The notes: generated by a model not told the origin, from the sequence alone. Counted from the stretch's first letter, positions 21,689 to 36,081 are shown. The stretch is 64,000 bases of DNA from Adineta vaga (GCA_021613535.1 CP075494.1:2542001-2606000); one strand, 5' to 3'. Program-made: numbers and translations.

Positions 21689-24600
21689 TTATGTTTGGAT
21701 CATGGGCATTATTGTAACGCGTCTACCTTGGCATTTTTTAATACAAAACATAATAAACTCAACTAAATATGGTACCATCACTTTCAACACTGTAATCAAA
21801 CCACCGACTAGGCCAATCAGAGTTGTAATAATATATATTGCACTATTCTTCGCCGTAACAGTATAACTACAGTGTGACGGTTGACATTCACTGTAATATT
21901 TGTCATACATACTTGATGAGTTCCATTCTTCAACCATCAACTGATCAAGAACATCTCCAATTGTTGAGTTTGTCAAAAACCGGATCGACAGTGATATATC
22001 AAGAGCTGTCACATTCATAACTGAAGATACTAGAAAATATGATTGTAGTTTATTAATACAGGTTTGATTATAAAAACATTGAAGATTAGACTGAAGTAAT
22101 GATTCAATTATATAACATCCCGTATGAAGACCAGGAACAGAAAATAATAACGTGCCGTTCAATAAATCGTAGATTTTACATTGCGTAATGCAAGTAGCTG
22201 AAGAAGAACACGTACAATTACCGTACGACAATGCGGATCGAAATATAGCACCGGAAGATCTATAAAGTTTGTAATTAGTTAGTTGTCCTGTGAGTAAGAC
22301 ATTGCTTTGAGTTGTATTTCGTATCATGGAGAGTGATAGCAGAAACTCATTAGTTGTTGATGATATAAATTGAGAAATAAATGCTTCACTTTGTAACTGA
22401 AATTCATTTTCAGGTATTACAGATGCACTCACATATTGACTTGAATAAAACTGAATTAAACGATTCGATATTGTTTGATTCACTAGTGTACAGAATACGC
22501 TTAAAGCTTGAAATGTAGATAGACCTGATATTCGAAAATCAATTGTATATAGACGATAGCCTCCGCTTGAGCGGTCTAGATAATCGATCCATTCTTGTGT
22601 AACAAAGTCAGTATAACATATTTGATGTAATGTGTATTGAATTCGAAGAAATTTTTTATAGCTGATTGATATTTGTGTACAATCACATGTTAATGCTTGA
22701 CTATACGAGTGATAGAGTTGTTTATATTCTTTGATAGACGGTGCTTTGACATTAACTGTTTGTGTAATATTTATCAATGAAGTATATAAGATAAGAATAG
22801 ATAGTGATATAATTAATAAAACGATGAATAATCTTGTTGAAATGCGTTGATTTCGAATTTGATATTTATCGACAGTTGGCGGAAAAGATGAAAATAAATT
22901 GAGATTTAAAAAGAAAGGCTTTGTTTTCTGGCATAATGCTCGAATGCGTTCATTGATGCTCATCACTTGAAAAGAATTACAGAAATACGAGTTTAGTTTA
23001 AACAGAAGAAAAAAGTGACTTTTTCTAAGAAAAAGAACTATAGAACGAGCGCTGATGTATACAACTAACAATTTGATTGTTTCCTCTACGCTAGATCGAC
23101 TACAACAGATGTTACGTGAAAGATGAAGATGCAAACGGATGAGTAAAGATGTGAATATTGCGTTCATCACTTGCACACGTATCCACTCCTTTATTCACTC
23201 TAAGGTACATTAATTCGAACAATTTATTATGCTATAAAGATGTTTCCGATTACTTTCACAATCAAATTAAAGACAGGATTGAATCACTAAACTGTTATTT
23301 TGAAATTTAGTTTTGGTTGATGTCTACGCATTCATAAATAATAGAACATGAAAGATGCAAAAAATAGATCCTTCACAAAGAAGTACAGAGATAAAGAAGG
23401 AAATAGTTGGTCGATATTTTTCTTAAGAAATAGACTTGTTAAACTTGCCAACGTAGTATTAAAAAGATATTTCCAAGAGACTTTGTGTATGCTGCCAAAC
23501 AACTATACTTTTCTCAGCGGAAATGGAAAATTATCATAGGGTATTCTACTAATCATCAGATATATATATATCAATTCTTACCCTTGACTCATCTATTCTC
23601 AATTCGTGTAATAATGTCTGGGATGGTCAATAAAAGTAAAAACACCGATGGTATTAGTATGTTTTTAAATCAAAAATAAATGTTCACTTCCCACATTATT
23701 GTCTCTATTATGTACACAAAAAAACAAAACTATTTCCAGTTTGATTTTACCTATTTCTGCTCTTTGAGATTCCTTTTTTCTTCTGACAAGCGTAACTAAA
23801 TATAATACTAGAAATTTCAACACTGTAATCAAACCACCGACTAGGCCAATCAGAGTTGTAATAATATATATTGCACTATTCTTCGCCGTAACAGTATAAC
23901 TACAGTGCGACGGTTGACATTCACTGTAATATTTGTCATACATACTCGATGAGTTCCATTCTTCAACCATCAACTGATCAAGAACATCTCCAATTGTTGA
24001 GTTTGTCAAAAACCGGATCGACAGTGATATATCAAGAGCTGTCACATTCATAACTGAAGATACTAGAAAATATGATTGTAGTTTATTAATACAGGTTTGA
24101 TTATAAAAACATTGAAGATTAGACTGAAGTAATGATTCAATTATATAACATCCCGTATGAAGACCAGGAACAGAAAATAATAACGTGCCGTTCAATAAAT
24201 CGTAGATTTTACATTGCGTAATGCAAGTAGCTGAAGAAGAACACGTACAATTATCGTACGAGTGTATATATAAATCTACAGAACCACTGCTTCCTACAAA
24301 TAATCCGAAATTAGTTAGTTCTCCAGAGAGTAAGACATTGCTTTGAGTTGTATTTCGTATCATGGAGAGTGATAACAAAAATTCATTGGTAATTGATGAT
24401 ACAAATTGAGAAATAAATGCTTCACTTTGTAACCGAAATACACTTGAAGGTATTACAGATGCACTTACATATTGACTTGAATAAAACTGAATTAAACGAT
24501 TCGATATTGTTTGATCAACCAAGATACAAAATGTAGATAAGGCTTGAAATACAGATGTACCCGTCACTCGAAAGTCTTGGTAATATAGATCGTTGATTCT

Positions 24601-27600
24601 AGACGAAGTGGCAAGATAATCGATCCATTCTTGTGTAACAAAATCACTATGACATATTTGATGTAATGTGTATTGAATTTCAATAAATTTTTCATAGTTG
24701 ATTGATATTTGTGTACAATCACATGTTAATGCTTGACTATACGAGTGATAGAGTTGTTCATATTCTTTGACAGACGGTGCTTTGACATTAACTGTTTGTG
24801 TAATATTTATCAATGAAGTATATAAGATAAGAATCGATAGTGATATAATTAATGAAATGACGAATAATTTTGTTGAAATGCGTTGGTTTTCAAGTTGATG
24901 TTCATCGGTAGTTGGCGGAACAGATGAAAAGATGTTGAATGTTAAAAAGTAATGTTTCAATTTGTATGATAAGCTGTAATTCGGTTCTTGTGCCAATGTT
25001 TCTTAAAAAAGGAAGAGTATTAAAAAAGTCATAGTGATAGAATATTAACAGAACATAAAAATTAATCTACACAATCTTCTGTGTGTTAAGATATTGTGAA
25101 CTCTGGATACATTATTAATCTTTGAAATATTTTATCAAAGTTGACCGTAATATATCTCTACTTGATTTTAGCAGTAAAACATCTATTTCGGTACACTTGT
25201 TTACGTTCTGTTGAAAAACTGACACTTTATAAACTAACTTTGCCCCGCCAGTTCTTACTTGTAGGCAGTTATGAATAGTGAGATAAAATATCATTATTCT
25301 CTCTATATTTTAAGGATCATACGTGAGTCATGTAGGACCAACATACATACATACACACACAGTACGAGCAACAAGACAGCCTTCACGGGGCTCGAAACAT
25401 GCACTTTCTCCTATCCAGATAGATGTCCGATGCCAATTAGACTAGAAAAGACACTTCTATCTTAGAGCAGTGTGAAAATAGAACATTATGCACTTTAATG
25501 TAAATGATACTATTTTGGAGAAACAGATATATAATTATCGGATATCAAAGGCATTAAAATTAGTTGATTTATTTGAAGTTTCTCAATCGAGTACTTCTCT
25601 TCTATTTTGTTGTATGGTTTGCGTTACTTACCTAAATAAAGAATACTGACAAAAAAATCATCTATCAATCTATAACACTAGCAAATACTTAGATCATGAG
25701 CTATGTGCGAGTTCGAAGTCTAGTTCACCAACGGGCCGGGTTAAAAAAAACGAGGTAACCCGCGAAAATCTCTGACAAGGACTAAGATTAACGAATTATA
25801 TGTCACACAAAATGAAGCAGTAGGTAATCGTGAGACTCGGTGTAGATGTTACTGAACTGCATGCGTTCAGTAGGTCTCTGCTGCTCATATATAGCAAAAG
25901 TTTATATACAAGAGGAAACAGAAAAGAAGAGAGAGAAAGATATGAATAAAGGAACAATACATCTTTGCGTTTACGAGTAGAAACTTCTGTCAAATCTTTT
26001 AAAAATATTTTCATGAGAAAACTAGTTTTTATATATGACGTTTTTAACGAAAAGCATTTCTTGTTTTTTCACATCTTCCCTCATTAGTTCAGAAAACCTC
26101 CATCTCAGCAGACTATATAGCACAGAATGACTATTGAATCATGAATATTCATGACTAGGGTCCGTCGGGACAAAGTTTTTTCATCCCGATCCCGTTCCAA
26201 ATGGACTAAACTCGTGCCAATTCCGAACCCATGCCCTAACGGGAAACCTCGTTTCGGTCCCGTTTCAACACGTTTTTTGCGAATCTGTCAGAAATATTTT
26301 TCAAACACATATCAACATCGTCCAGATAGTAAACATTTTTTCCTCGACACTGGATTTCTTTGTTATGTATACAAAGTATTTGTTTTATTGATCAAAATAT
26401 TTCAACTCTGTTTGAATACACTTATTCGTATTCATAACTGATCCCGAAAAGTTTCATCCCGGTCCCGAATCCAATCCCGTCAGATCCTATTCATGATAGA
26501 TGCCAGAAACCTTTAGTATTTTACTCGTTCAACTGTTCTATGTGATGTCAGATTTTACTCAAGAAATGCTGGTTTTGCATTATTTTACTAAATCTATTAG
26601 AACGACGTTCTCATCCGTTCAACATCGCCTCTTCTCTTCTCCGTTCATCCTATGAGTTGGATGCGCATACGGTCTACATATAATAGTGTTCAAGCCATTT
26701 TCATCTCTTACCCGTTTCGGTTTTTAGTTCTTTGTCTATGCATTTCGTTGCGAACTTAACTAACATAGGCACCATCACTTTCAAAACTGTAATCAAACCA
26801 CCGACTAGGCCAATCAGAGTTGTAATAATGTATATTGCACTATTCTTCGCCGTAACAGTATAACTACAGTATGACGGCTGACATTCACTGTAATAATTGT
26901 CATACATACTCGATGAGTTCCATTCTTCAACCATCAACTGATTAAGAAGATCTGCAATTGTTGAGTTTGTCAAAAACCGGATCGACAGTGATATATCAAG
27001 TGCTGTCATATTCATAAGGGTAGACGATCCCAAGTACAATAGTAGGTTATCTATGCAGACTTGATCATAAAAACATTGAAGATCAGACTGAAGTAGTGAT
27101 TCAATTATATAACATCCCGTATAAAGACCTGGTAAAGGAAACATTTTCGTGAAGTTAGGATAATTAATAACTGCATATTGACTAATGCATGCAGCTGATG
27201 AAGCGCACGTACAATCACCGTACTGTAAAGATTTTGTAAATAAATAATTATCGGTATCAGCATAGAATCTGTAATTAGTGAATTGTCCAGAGAGTAAGAC
27301 ATTGCTTTGAGTTGTATTTCGTATCATGGAGAGTGATAACAAAAATTCATTGGTAGTTGATGATATAAATTGAGAAATAAATGCTTCACTTTGTAACTGA
27401 AATACACTTGGCGGTGTTACAGATGCACTAATATATTGACTTGAATAAAACTGAATTAAACGATTCGATATTGTTTGATCAACCAAGACACAAAGTGTAA
27501 ATAAGGTTTGAAATACAAATGTGCCGGTCGCTCGAAAGGTGTCATAAAATGTTCCATAGGTTCCAGGTGAGGCGGCAAGATAATCAATCCATTCTTGTGT

Positions 27601-27965
27601 AACAAAATCACTATGACATATTTGATGTAATGTGTATTGAATTTGAAGAAATTTTTTATAGTTAATTGATATTTGTGTGCAGTCACATGTTAATGTTTGA
27701 CTATATGAGTTGTAGAGTTGTTCATATTCTTTGATAGAAGGTGTTTTGATGTTAACTGTTTGTGTAATATTTATCAATGAGATATATAAGAAAAGGACAG
27801 ATAATGATATAGTCAATAAAATGATAAATAATCTTGTTGAAATGCGTTGATTTCCAAGCTGATGTTTATCGTTAGTTGGTGGAAAAGATGAAAATAAATT
27901 GAGATTAGAAAGAAAAAGCTCTGCTGTTTGGCATAAATCAGACGCAGATTTTGTTTTATTTTGCA
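21689..27965 (-). CDS. Multi-exon membrane protein with at least three tandem TM-Cys-rich ectodomain-TM units (exons 27965-26712, 25001-23751, 22965-21689; first exon not located)
   Basis: Three paralogous ~420 aa ORFs. Each has a phase-1 AG acceptor and the first two have phase-1 GT donors, so they splice in frame. Shared motifs: ISTRLF-TM, LTCDC, GCYIIESLLQS, YYSECQPSxCSY, TTLIGLVGGL. Confidence 0.8.
25335..25462 (-). mobile_element. tRNA-derived SINE-like element in intron
   Basis: Minus strand A-box TAGTCTAATTGG, B-box-like TTTCGAGCCC, then a (TG)n(TATG)n tail. Confidence 0.55.
26156..26489. mobile_element. hAT-type MITE in intron
   Basis: TIR TAGGGTCCGTCGGGA / TCCCGTCAGATCCTA; 8-bp TSD TTCATGAC/TTCATGAT; TCCCG subterminal repeats. 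Confidence 0.8.
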
Positions 27966-29669
27966 CTAAAATGAAATATATAAAAATAACGATATGAATG
28001 GTTTTAGATATTTATAAATAATAATGCAATATGGTAGTATCGAATAAAATGTCGTCATCCTAACCATATTACGCATACATATCTAGCATGTCGAGCAATG
28101 TAGAGTAGATGAGCTCACGTTTTTTGTTGTCAATAGATTTATAGTCGAGTATTTGTTTACTAATATTTAGTAATTTCCCTTTATATGGCCGAATAAACGA
28201 TGAAAAGTTGATTTATGGTGTATTCTCAGAAAAAAGTCAGTATCATTTTACTTTTTGTTGTGTTTCTTCACTTAATTCTATTTAGAATCGATGTAAAACA
28301 CAAAACGAGTCATGAGTTAAATTCAAATATGGACTGCAAATCTAGTTCGAAATAACTATAAGAGCTTTACATTAAACAGTCGTACGTTGAAAACATTCCT
28401 TCTAATCAGATAATCAAATATGTGTGAGGACGAAAAATTCTACTAAGGAAATTGCTGAGAATGTCCTATAAATTGATTGTTTAAGTATTTAGTTGGCATA
28501 TGATCATAATTGGCTCATCTAAATTTCAGAAGCCTGTGAATCTTCGCAGAAAAGCAACAGCAGAAAAGCAACATCACAATATGTTTTGCAGTGTGCTTAT
28601 CTTTATCTGAATTCCTGACTTTTTTTTATCATGAATAGTGTGCTGCCTATTTTCCTGCTTTTGAGATCATAGGCCGTTACAACACCTGTCGATGCTTTTT
28701 AAAGCGACTGCATTATCTCGAAGACAAAAATATTATTACCATATATTTGCCTAACTGATTTTAGAACAAAGATGAACTTGGATTTATTTAGGAAAAGAAA
28801 ATGTGGAAAATACATACTATTTATTCCAATAAACTATTAATCCTGTGATGTTCAACGTGAATTGACTTGTAATTAACAAGTGTTGATTGGAACGTTTGAT
28901 AAATATCACCTCAACAACAACGATCGATATTCTGAATATAAATAAAGCAAAACCATTGAATATCAAAACTTTCATATTGAAGACGTTAATAAGATAAAAA
29001 TGGTTGTACTCATTAACTAGTAACAACAAAAATATAAAGCTTCTACAAACTTTTTTTCAATTACTAGACTTTATAGAGTTCTCATTCTTGTATTCTGACT
29101 CTAGCCTCGTTATTTATGCGGCAAATTTCAAAAAGATTTTCACGAATATAACCAGCAAAGAGAGCTCTATAAAGTCTATTAGACAAAAATCGATTTTTTA
29201 GAAGTTTATATTTTTGTAGTTTTCTACTCATGAGACCGTCCAACAACATGAAATCTGTTGCAATTCTATAATATATTGTCATCTTTTGAATGATAAGTCA
29301 TACACTTATGAACTCATTTTTGATAGCATTTCATTTGATATATAGAATTCATTATTTATTCTATGCAGAATTGGAGAGGTATCCTTCTGGAAATAAGTAA
29401 CAGAAGCTTACTTAGAATTTTTTTGTGTAAATTACATGGACAAGCTACTGTGCTTATCTAGAAATGTTGTCATCAATAATGATTTTTCACAGGTTACGAA
29501 CTCTAACAAATGTTACAGGATAACCCACACATATTTCTAAGACTATTTTTCCAGTAGTTACTTAACAAAAGAAAAAAACTATTAAAATCCCTCCAGGCGA
29601 AACTCGATCTTTAGTTATTTTTCTTTGTATAATCTTCCAGTGCAGTTTACGTGCGAAAAAGAACTGCTC

Positions 29670-30279
29670 GTTACATGTATTACCCAATTTAAAATAAAAA
29701 ACGAGTAACTATTTTTTTAATTAAGTTTTGTTGAATACATAATCTAAAATTGCGATTTTAATCAGTCGAAAGAGCAATATTTGAACCATCGATCTATATG
29801 AGAGTCTTTGAAGTATATAGAAGTTGCTTTTGTGTAAACGTTTTTCCGATTAATATTTTTTCTTGGTGTATTTTCACAAGATTTTTTTATTACATCATGT
29901 CAAAATGTTCCTGAAATTACTGATTTTTCGTTATAAAATGCCGCATTTTACATAATCTCGCGTGAGTGTATTTTTTCAAGTGGCTCTGCAAAAAAAGATG
30001 ATATTTTTATAGCGAAAAACAGATGATTTGAGTAACATTTTGACATAGTTTGACCGAAAAGTCTGGTGAAAAATAACGAAAATGCATCAAGAAAAAATAT
30101 CTACCGAAAACATTTTACACAAAAACATATTTTGTTCCATTGACTCTCATACAGATCGAAGGTGCAAACGTATCACTATTTGGGCTGGTGAAAACTACAG
30201 ATGTAGATTATATATTCAGCAAAAGTTACTCAAAAAATAGTCACTCACCTTTTATTTTGACTCGAATAACATTTGTTAA
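29670..30279. mobile_element. ~610 bp foldback/MITE-like imperfect palindrome
   Basis: Arms align as diverged inverted repeats, e.g. CATCGATCTATATGAGAGTC vs GACTCTCATACAGATCGAAG and TGTCAAAATGTT vs AACATTTTGACA. Confidence 0.7.
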
Positions 30280-31495
30280 GTTAATAATAGATCATTGAAC
30301 TAAATTTGTATTAATATCCTAACACAAGAACCGTTAACTATATGCAGTATCATCATGTAAATCACATTCATTATTCGATTAACGTTTCTTTTCTTCTATG
30401 TTTCTATCACTTATAATAATCAAAGTGATGTAAGTTAAAGAAAAAAAAAGGCGTAATATAATGAAAGTAGTTAGGAAATAAGTAAAGTACTCAACGTATT
30501 TTGGTAAATGAAATTCTTTCTTACTATACGATTAAGTTGATTAATTAGTCGAAGAATGGATGAGATTTATCTAATAAAAAAAAATCAACTAATAATTATT
30601 GGCTAGATTCTAATAAAGATGAAAGAGAGAGGATCTTTACAATATCTCTGCTGTTAATATGACTGGTGAAAAGGTATTTATAGCTAATTAGTTGTTTATG
30701 AAAAAATATATTATAATCAATAAGCGAACAGATTCGACACTAATAATTTATCTGAGATAGTAATAGAAAAATCTGTATGAAAGTTGTAGATGGATAAATC
30801 AATCATATAGATTGATATTGGAATATGAAAAAAGATATATTACTGGAAAAGCTAATAACTATTTCTTGAAAGTTTTGTTAGAATTACAATTGAATTGAAA
30901 AGAATGGATTATAAATGTCTTTATTAAATGAATTAAGAATAAAATTTACCTAAGAGGATTGATGTTTTAAGTTGTTCAGCAAAAGAAATGTTATTGTCGT
31001 TAGAGATCAATATAATTATTCTTTTTTAAAAATGACATGTAATAACATAACTGTGTTAGACCTTCTATAGAGCTTAGAAAAAATTGTTTGGTAAAAAAAA
31101 TACGCGTCACTCTTTTTACTGAGGAAAACTATTTCCCATTGGTGAAGATGAATTTTGTTTCATTTATGATTCAACAATACTACGGAAATGATTCAAACTT
31201 TTGTCTCCTTAGAAAAAAAGAAACTAATTTTTAGAAATTAAATTTCATTATTATAATTAATGTCTTCTTCTTTACTTAAAATTTTATCGAGATTTCTTAA
31301 TTTTTCTTACATATCTGTTGATTAGTTGTTAAATAATCTGACATACATAATTATGAAATAAAACATTATGGTTTGAGATATTTGTGATTTAAATATTTTT
31401 GAAGATAGAAAACTGAAAATATCAATATTCTCTTGGAAATTACAAACATTAAGAAAATAATACAGGTTGATTAGTTGCCAAGAATAGAAGTGTTT

Positions 31496-31622
31496 CCAAG
31501 GGGGAAAAGCGGATCCTATAAAAATCTTGGATCCTCATCATCAATCATAGGATCTCAGAAAAGGCGCATCCACATGAACTCTAGTATCTGAAAATCTATG
31601 AGGATCTGCTTTTTCCCCTTGG
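31496..31622. mobile_element. MITE with CCAAGGGGGAAAAGC termini
   Basis: CCAAGGGGGAAAAGCGGATCCT ... AGGATCTGCTTTTTCCCCTTGG; related ends at 36082 and ~36460. Confidence 0.7.
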
Positions 31623-32467
31623 GTGCTTCTTTGTTTTTATCTTACTCTATAATAAAGCATGAATAGAAATAAAATTGTTATTTTAGAAAATACAGATAAA
31701 TTTCCTTCTGTAATAAATAAATAGATGAACAGAAGAGATATTCAACACAATTCTTTTTTATCATCAACAACATTTTCAAATGAGATGATATGCTAACAGA
31801 TGAAAACTATAGATAAAAAGTTTTATGGAAAAAATCGTCTATTCACATTCCTGCACATATGTTTTATTCAAATAAAGATTTTCTTTATTTTATGGATGTA
31901 AAAAGATTGTTTATCATTACTTAATAAAGTAAAACTAGGTTAACACTTAGATATTTATTTTTAACAAACGTATTATATTGTTAAATACTGAAATCAATCG
32001 AAATTCTGGTAAATATTGATAAGTTTTACAATAGAAATGTTTCATTTGTAAAAAATCATTTCTAGTGAATAAACAAACATGATATTACTCTTTTTTATTT
32101 TCTTAAAACACTTGTCTGTAAGGATAAAATCATGTTTAAAATCACATAATGACGTATTTTTGGTATATATATAAATATATCAGACATGTTCTTAGTAATA
32201 CTGATATTTTCTATCAACTATACAAAATTAACAATTATTTTCATGATTAGTGTAAAGTAAATAGATTTAAAATAACTATTGACAAGTTTCATTATACTAA
32301 TTTATTTCAGTCGATAATTTGACAAGGGAAACTCAGTTTAAAAAAAAAAGAAGTAAAACCTGATTGTTTCCTTGTAATAAAAAGTTGTATTGTAGCTTTT
32401 ATTATTCTATAGTTTTGATTGATGTCCTTTATTAATTTTTAGCTGTTTTTATCACAAGAAAAGTTCG

Positions 32468-34113
32468 ATGGAACAACTATCAATTCCAGAACGTCACTCT
32501 CAAAAGTAATACTATTTATTCGAATTAATATTTCAATTTAAAAAAATTTCGTTTTTAAGAGAAAACATTTTATCAACAAAACGTCGATTTCTTCTTTGGA
32601 CTTGTTTTATTATTCCAATATCAATTATTATTAGTATTGTTGTAGCAGTTATATTGATTCGTTATCAATCATCATCCACCAGTAGAAAATATGACATTGG
32701 TAATAAGAATTCTCTTTATAAATATTATTAAAATATCAAAGTTAGATGTAGAGTAATTTCACTCAATCCAATAAAATCAAATAGATAAATGTACTGAGAA
32801 AAATTGAAAATTGATTTTCCTCTTTGTAAAAATTGAATAACATTAAAAAAAAACTGTTTGTAGGAACGACAAGCGTTTTGAAAAGAACGACAAAAGCAAT
32901 TCAAACGGAAATAACTTCTATCAAAGGTAATTATAAAATAGTGTAATATATAAATAAATATATTTGTTCAGGAACAACATCAAGTTTAAGAAATATTTCG
33001 AACATAAATTCTTCATGTAGGTTAACAAATAGTTTTTCTTATAAAAATTAAAAAAAAAGATCTCACCTAGATATTCCATGTAATCCATTACAGTTTTCAA
33101 ATTATGAACGTTATTCAACTAGAACTGGGGCACAGGCAATCAGCACTGGCTATTTAGATGAAGATGCTTTGCTTGATATTGTTGTTGTTAATAGACGAGC
33201 TACACAAATTAGCATATACTATGGTTCCGGAAATGGAAGATTCCGAAATCAAAAATTATATGACACGACTTTAGGTATTACTTATGTTGCTGTTAAAGAT
33301 ATGAATCTTGATAATAAACCTGATATACTTTTAACGTATACTTTATCAAATGAAGTTGCCATTTTAATTAATAGAGGCAACCAAAATTTTAATTTACCAA
33401 TAACTTATCCAGTTGGAAATTATCCATATTGGATTGATATTTCAGATTTTAATAAAAATAATTTATTAGATGTTGTTGTTGTTAATGATCATGAGGCTTC
33501 TGTTACTATTTTATATGATTATTATAATTTATCATTCAGTTATTCGAAAACGTATCCAGCTGGTAATGATGTTACAGCGGTATCTGTTGCAGATTTTAAT
33601 AATGATTCCTATCCTGATTTTGTTACTGCTGATTTTAGTGATAATACAGTTAGTGTTACTATTAATGCTAAAAATAGAATGTTTAAAAATAGAAAAACAT
33701 ATTTCACAAGTATTGAACCATGGGCTGTAGCCAGTGCTGATTTAAATAATGATAATTTTGCAGACATTGTTAATACTAATCAAAATTCGTATACATTAAG
33801 TGTTTTTCTTAATGATGGATATGGAAATTTTAATGGATGGGATACATATTATATTGGTGGAACTTCAAGATCAGTCGCATTAGCTGATTTAAATAATGAT
33901 TCATTCATTGATATTATTGCTGCAAATTATAATGATAAATATATTTATATTTTTTTAAATAAACAAAATGGAATATTTCAAACATATCAGAGATTTACTA
34001 CCGATTGGTATATTTATGCTGTTACAACTGGAGATTTTAATCGTGATGGAAAAATAGATATTGCTCTTATTACTTATTACGATACTATGAATGTTCTTTT
34101 AAATCTATGTTAA
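32468..34113 (+). CDS. Type II membrane FG-GAP/VCBS repeat (beta-propeller) protein, ~4 exons
   Basis: Repeated DxNxDxxxDIV motifs in 33070-34113. Upstream small exons include the TM segment FLLWTCFIIPISIIISIVVAVILI and have GT/AG borders. Confidence 0.8.
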
Positions 34114-34345
34114 GAATATTCTATAGAATATCTTATTTTTATTGACAAATATTCATTCTAAACAATTTCATTTATTCAGTTTTTTTTTCAGTATTTCAGT
34201 TCTTATGACAGAATTCTTTTTTTCTTTATATAAATAATAAACACATATTACCAAACTCCAATGGCTCGAACGAATTTATCACTCGATCCTGTCACATAGT
34301 AGACAAAAAAAGTGGATTAGGACTACTCGAGTGAAAATATTCATT

Positions 34346-34407
34346 AAGGGTGTGGATGAGGGTGAGCGTTTTGACTGTAACATCATACCCACACCCACCC
34401 ATCCTAA
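34346..34407. repeat. Telomere-repeat palindrome E12
   Basis: TAAGGGTGTGGATGAGGGTGAG...CATACCCACACCCACCC. Confidence 0.75.
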
Positions 34408-34497
34408 ATTGAATGAATTTTTACGTGAAACCAACACGAGCAAGATTGAAGTTTATCGTGGAATGGATTTATCATCAACAATGCTTGATATATATAT
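34408..34497 (+). pseudogene. ~30-codon fragment resembling an ADP-ribosyltransferase (ART) domain
   Basis: LNEFLRETNTSKIEVYRGMDLSSTMLDIY (VYRG motif). Confidence 0.4.
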
Positions 34498-34530
34498 CGG
34501 CTTAAACGCGTAACTTCTGGTGATGTGATA

Positions 34531-34587
34531 GGGTGTGGGTAGGGTGGGTGTCAGGCTGTACTCTTAAGTCACACCCACACCCTCAAG
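34531..34587. repeat. Telomere-repeat palindrome E13
   Basis: GGGTGTGGGTAGGGTGGGTG-TCAGGCTGTACTCTTAAGT-CACACCCACACCCTCAAG. Confidence 0.85.
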
Positions 34588-36081
34588 AAATATAACGTTG
34601 AAGTTCTGTAATTCTTGAATAAAGATGTTCGAATAAGGAGAAGTTCTGATTCATCGTTGTTGCATTCTCGTAAGGTTTGATAACAAATGAAACTCAAATT
34701 TTATCGTTGCGTTACAGAAATATCGAGAGAAAATAGTGTATTTTCAGTCTCTTATTATGAAATAATATCTTTTAAACTGTTTCATGCAACGCCCATCGGT
34801 AAATTTAAGTATTTTGAACAGAAAATCTCACATATAAATGATTGATATACTAAACCCAAAAGTATGAATGGTTAAAAAACTAACAATCCAAGATAGTAAC
34901 TAGCTATCTGATGCAAAATATTTATGTTTTTCATATTTTGGATATAGTTGTAATACGAATATATTTTATTAGCTGATGTTGTGAAAGGTAATCGCTCTCC
35001 TTCTACTTCCTCTTCCAAGCTCAGTGAGCAAGACTGATAAGATTCAATTAAGTGGTATTTTAGTATAGTAACAACGACATATGATGTTCGGTATATATAT
35101 GAGGACACAGGAGAAAGGTGAAAAGAGAAAGATAATACTTCAGTGATATGTTCGAACCCATGGATATGATATATCAAAAGTAGAGAAAAGACGAGAGAAC
35201 ATATCCGTTGATCTAGGTAATAACGCAATATCATTAGCGTATAAAGGGTTAGACAGAGACTTCAAATCTCTCGAGTTAGCATAGAAGCAGCTGGGACTGT
35301 TTATGAAACTGGCAAGAAACTTAAATGCTTTAGATCGGTTAATGCTGAGCAAATTCTAGCCACTTGCAGATCATTTTAAAAACAATCGACAGAAAATAAC
35401 GCTTTATAAACTCGTGTTGAAAACTTGTCTAATCAGACCAGCTTAACAATTATATCCGTTTAAAATTTGCAGATAATGATTATGAAGTATAATGTATTGA
35501 GATTAAGTGACTTGCACAGACAAAATCCGGTTACTCATGAAGCGATGATAATCAACTACCTATCAATTGACTGTTTATCAAGACATAACATTTTAATATT
35601 ATGGTGTGTTTCTGATGGGGCCTTGGGTGTGAGTATTCAGTCATCTGTAATCTCAACCGCTGAATTAAGGATGTATAAGGTTGTGAGTGCGTCTGTTTGT
35701 ATGTAAACATAAATATTGTGTTTATTTTATCTACATCAACGCTGTCGAGTTCTAGTACATTGTTTAAAGTATCGGCGCTATTGTTTTGTGCTTACTAGTC
35801 TGCCTGTGTCGCTACCTATAAGTGATGTTATCGGACAAGTGCATTCTGAGGTGCCATTTTGGCAGAATATTTTTATAAATTACTAGATATGGTGAATAAA
35901 AAACAAAACTTTGTATTCATTTGTGTATATAACATGAAATATCTTATAATCAGAAGTGGTGCTCTATAAAAACATCAATAATGGATAACGAGATTGCTCT
36001 TAAGTCTTCAAAAACCTCATTAGGGCTTTAGATTCGACCTATGAGAATAAATCTTTAAGCAGAAGAATACAAGTGATCATG

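Noticed and set aside
21689-23176. ORF-track starts at 23176, 19829, 55871, 57370 and 49079
   Set aside because: The N-terminal extensions run through intron sequence or frameshift overlaps, or start inside an exon; splice sites give better models.
28800-31000. Coding-like scraps around the foldback (also 34860-35400)
   Set aside because: Too many stops and no family motif I can recognise.
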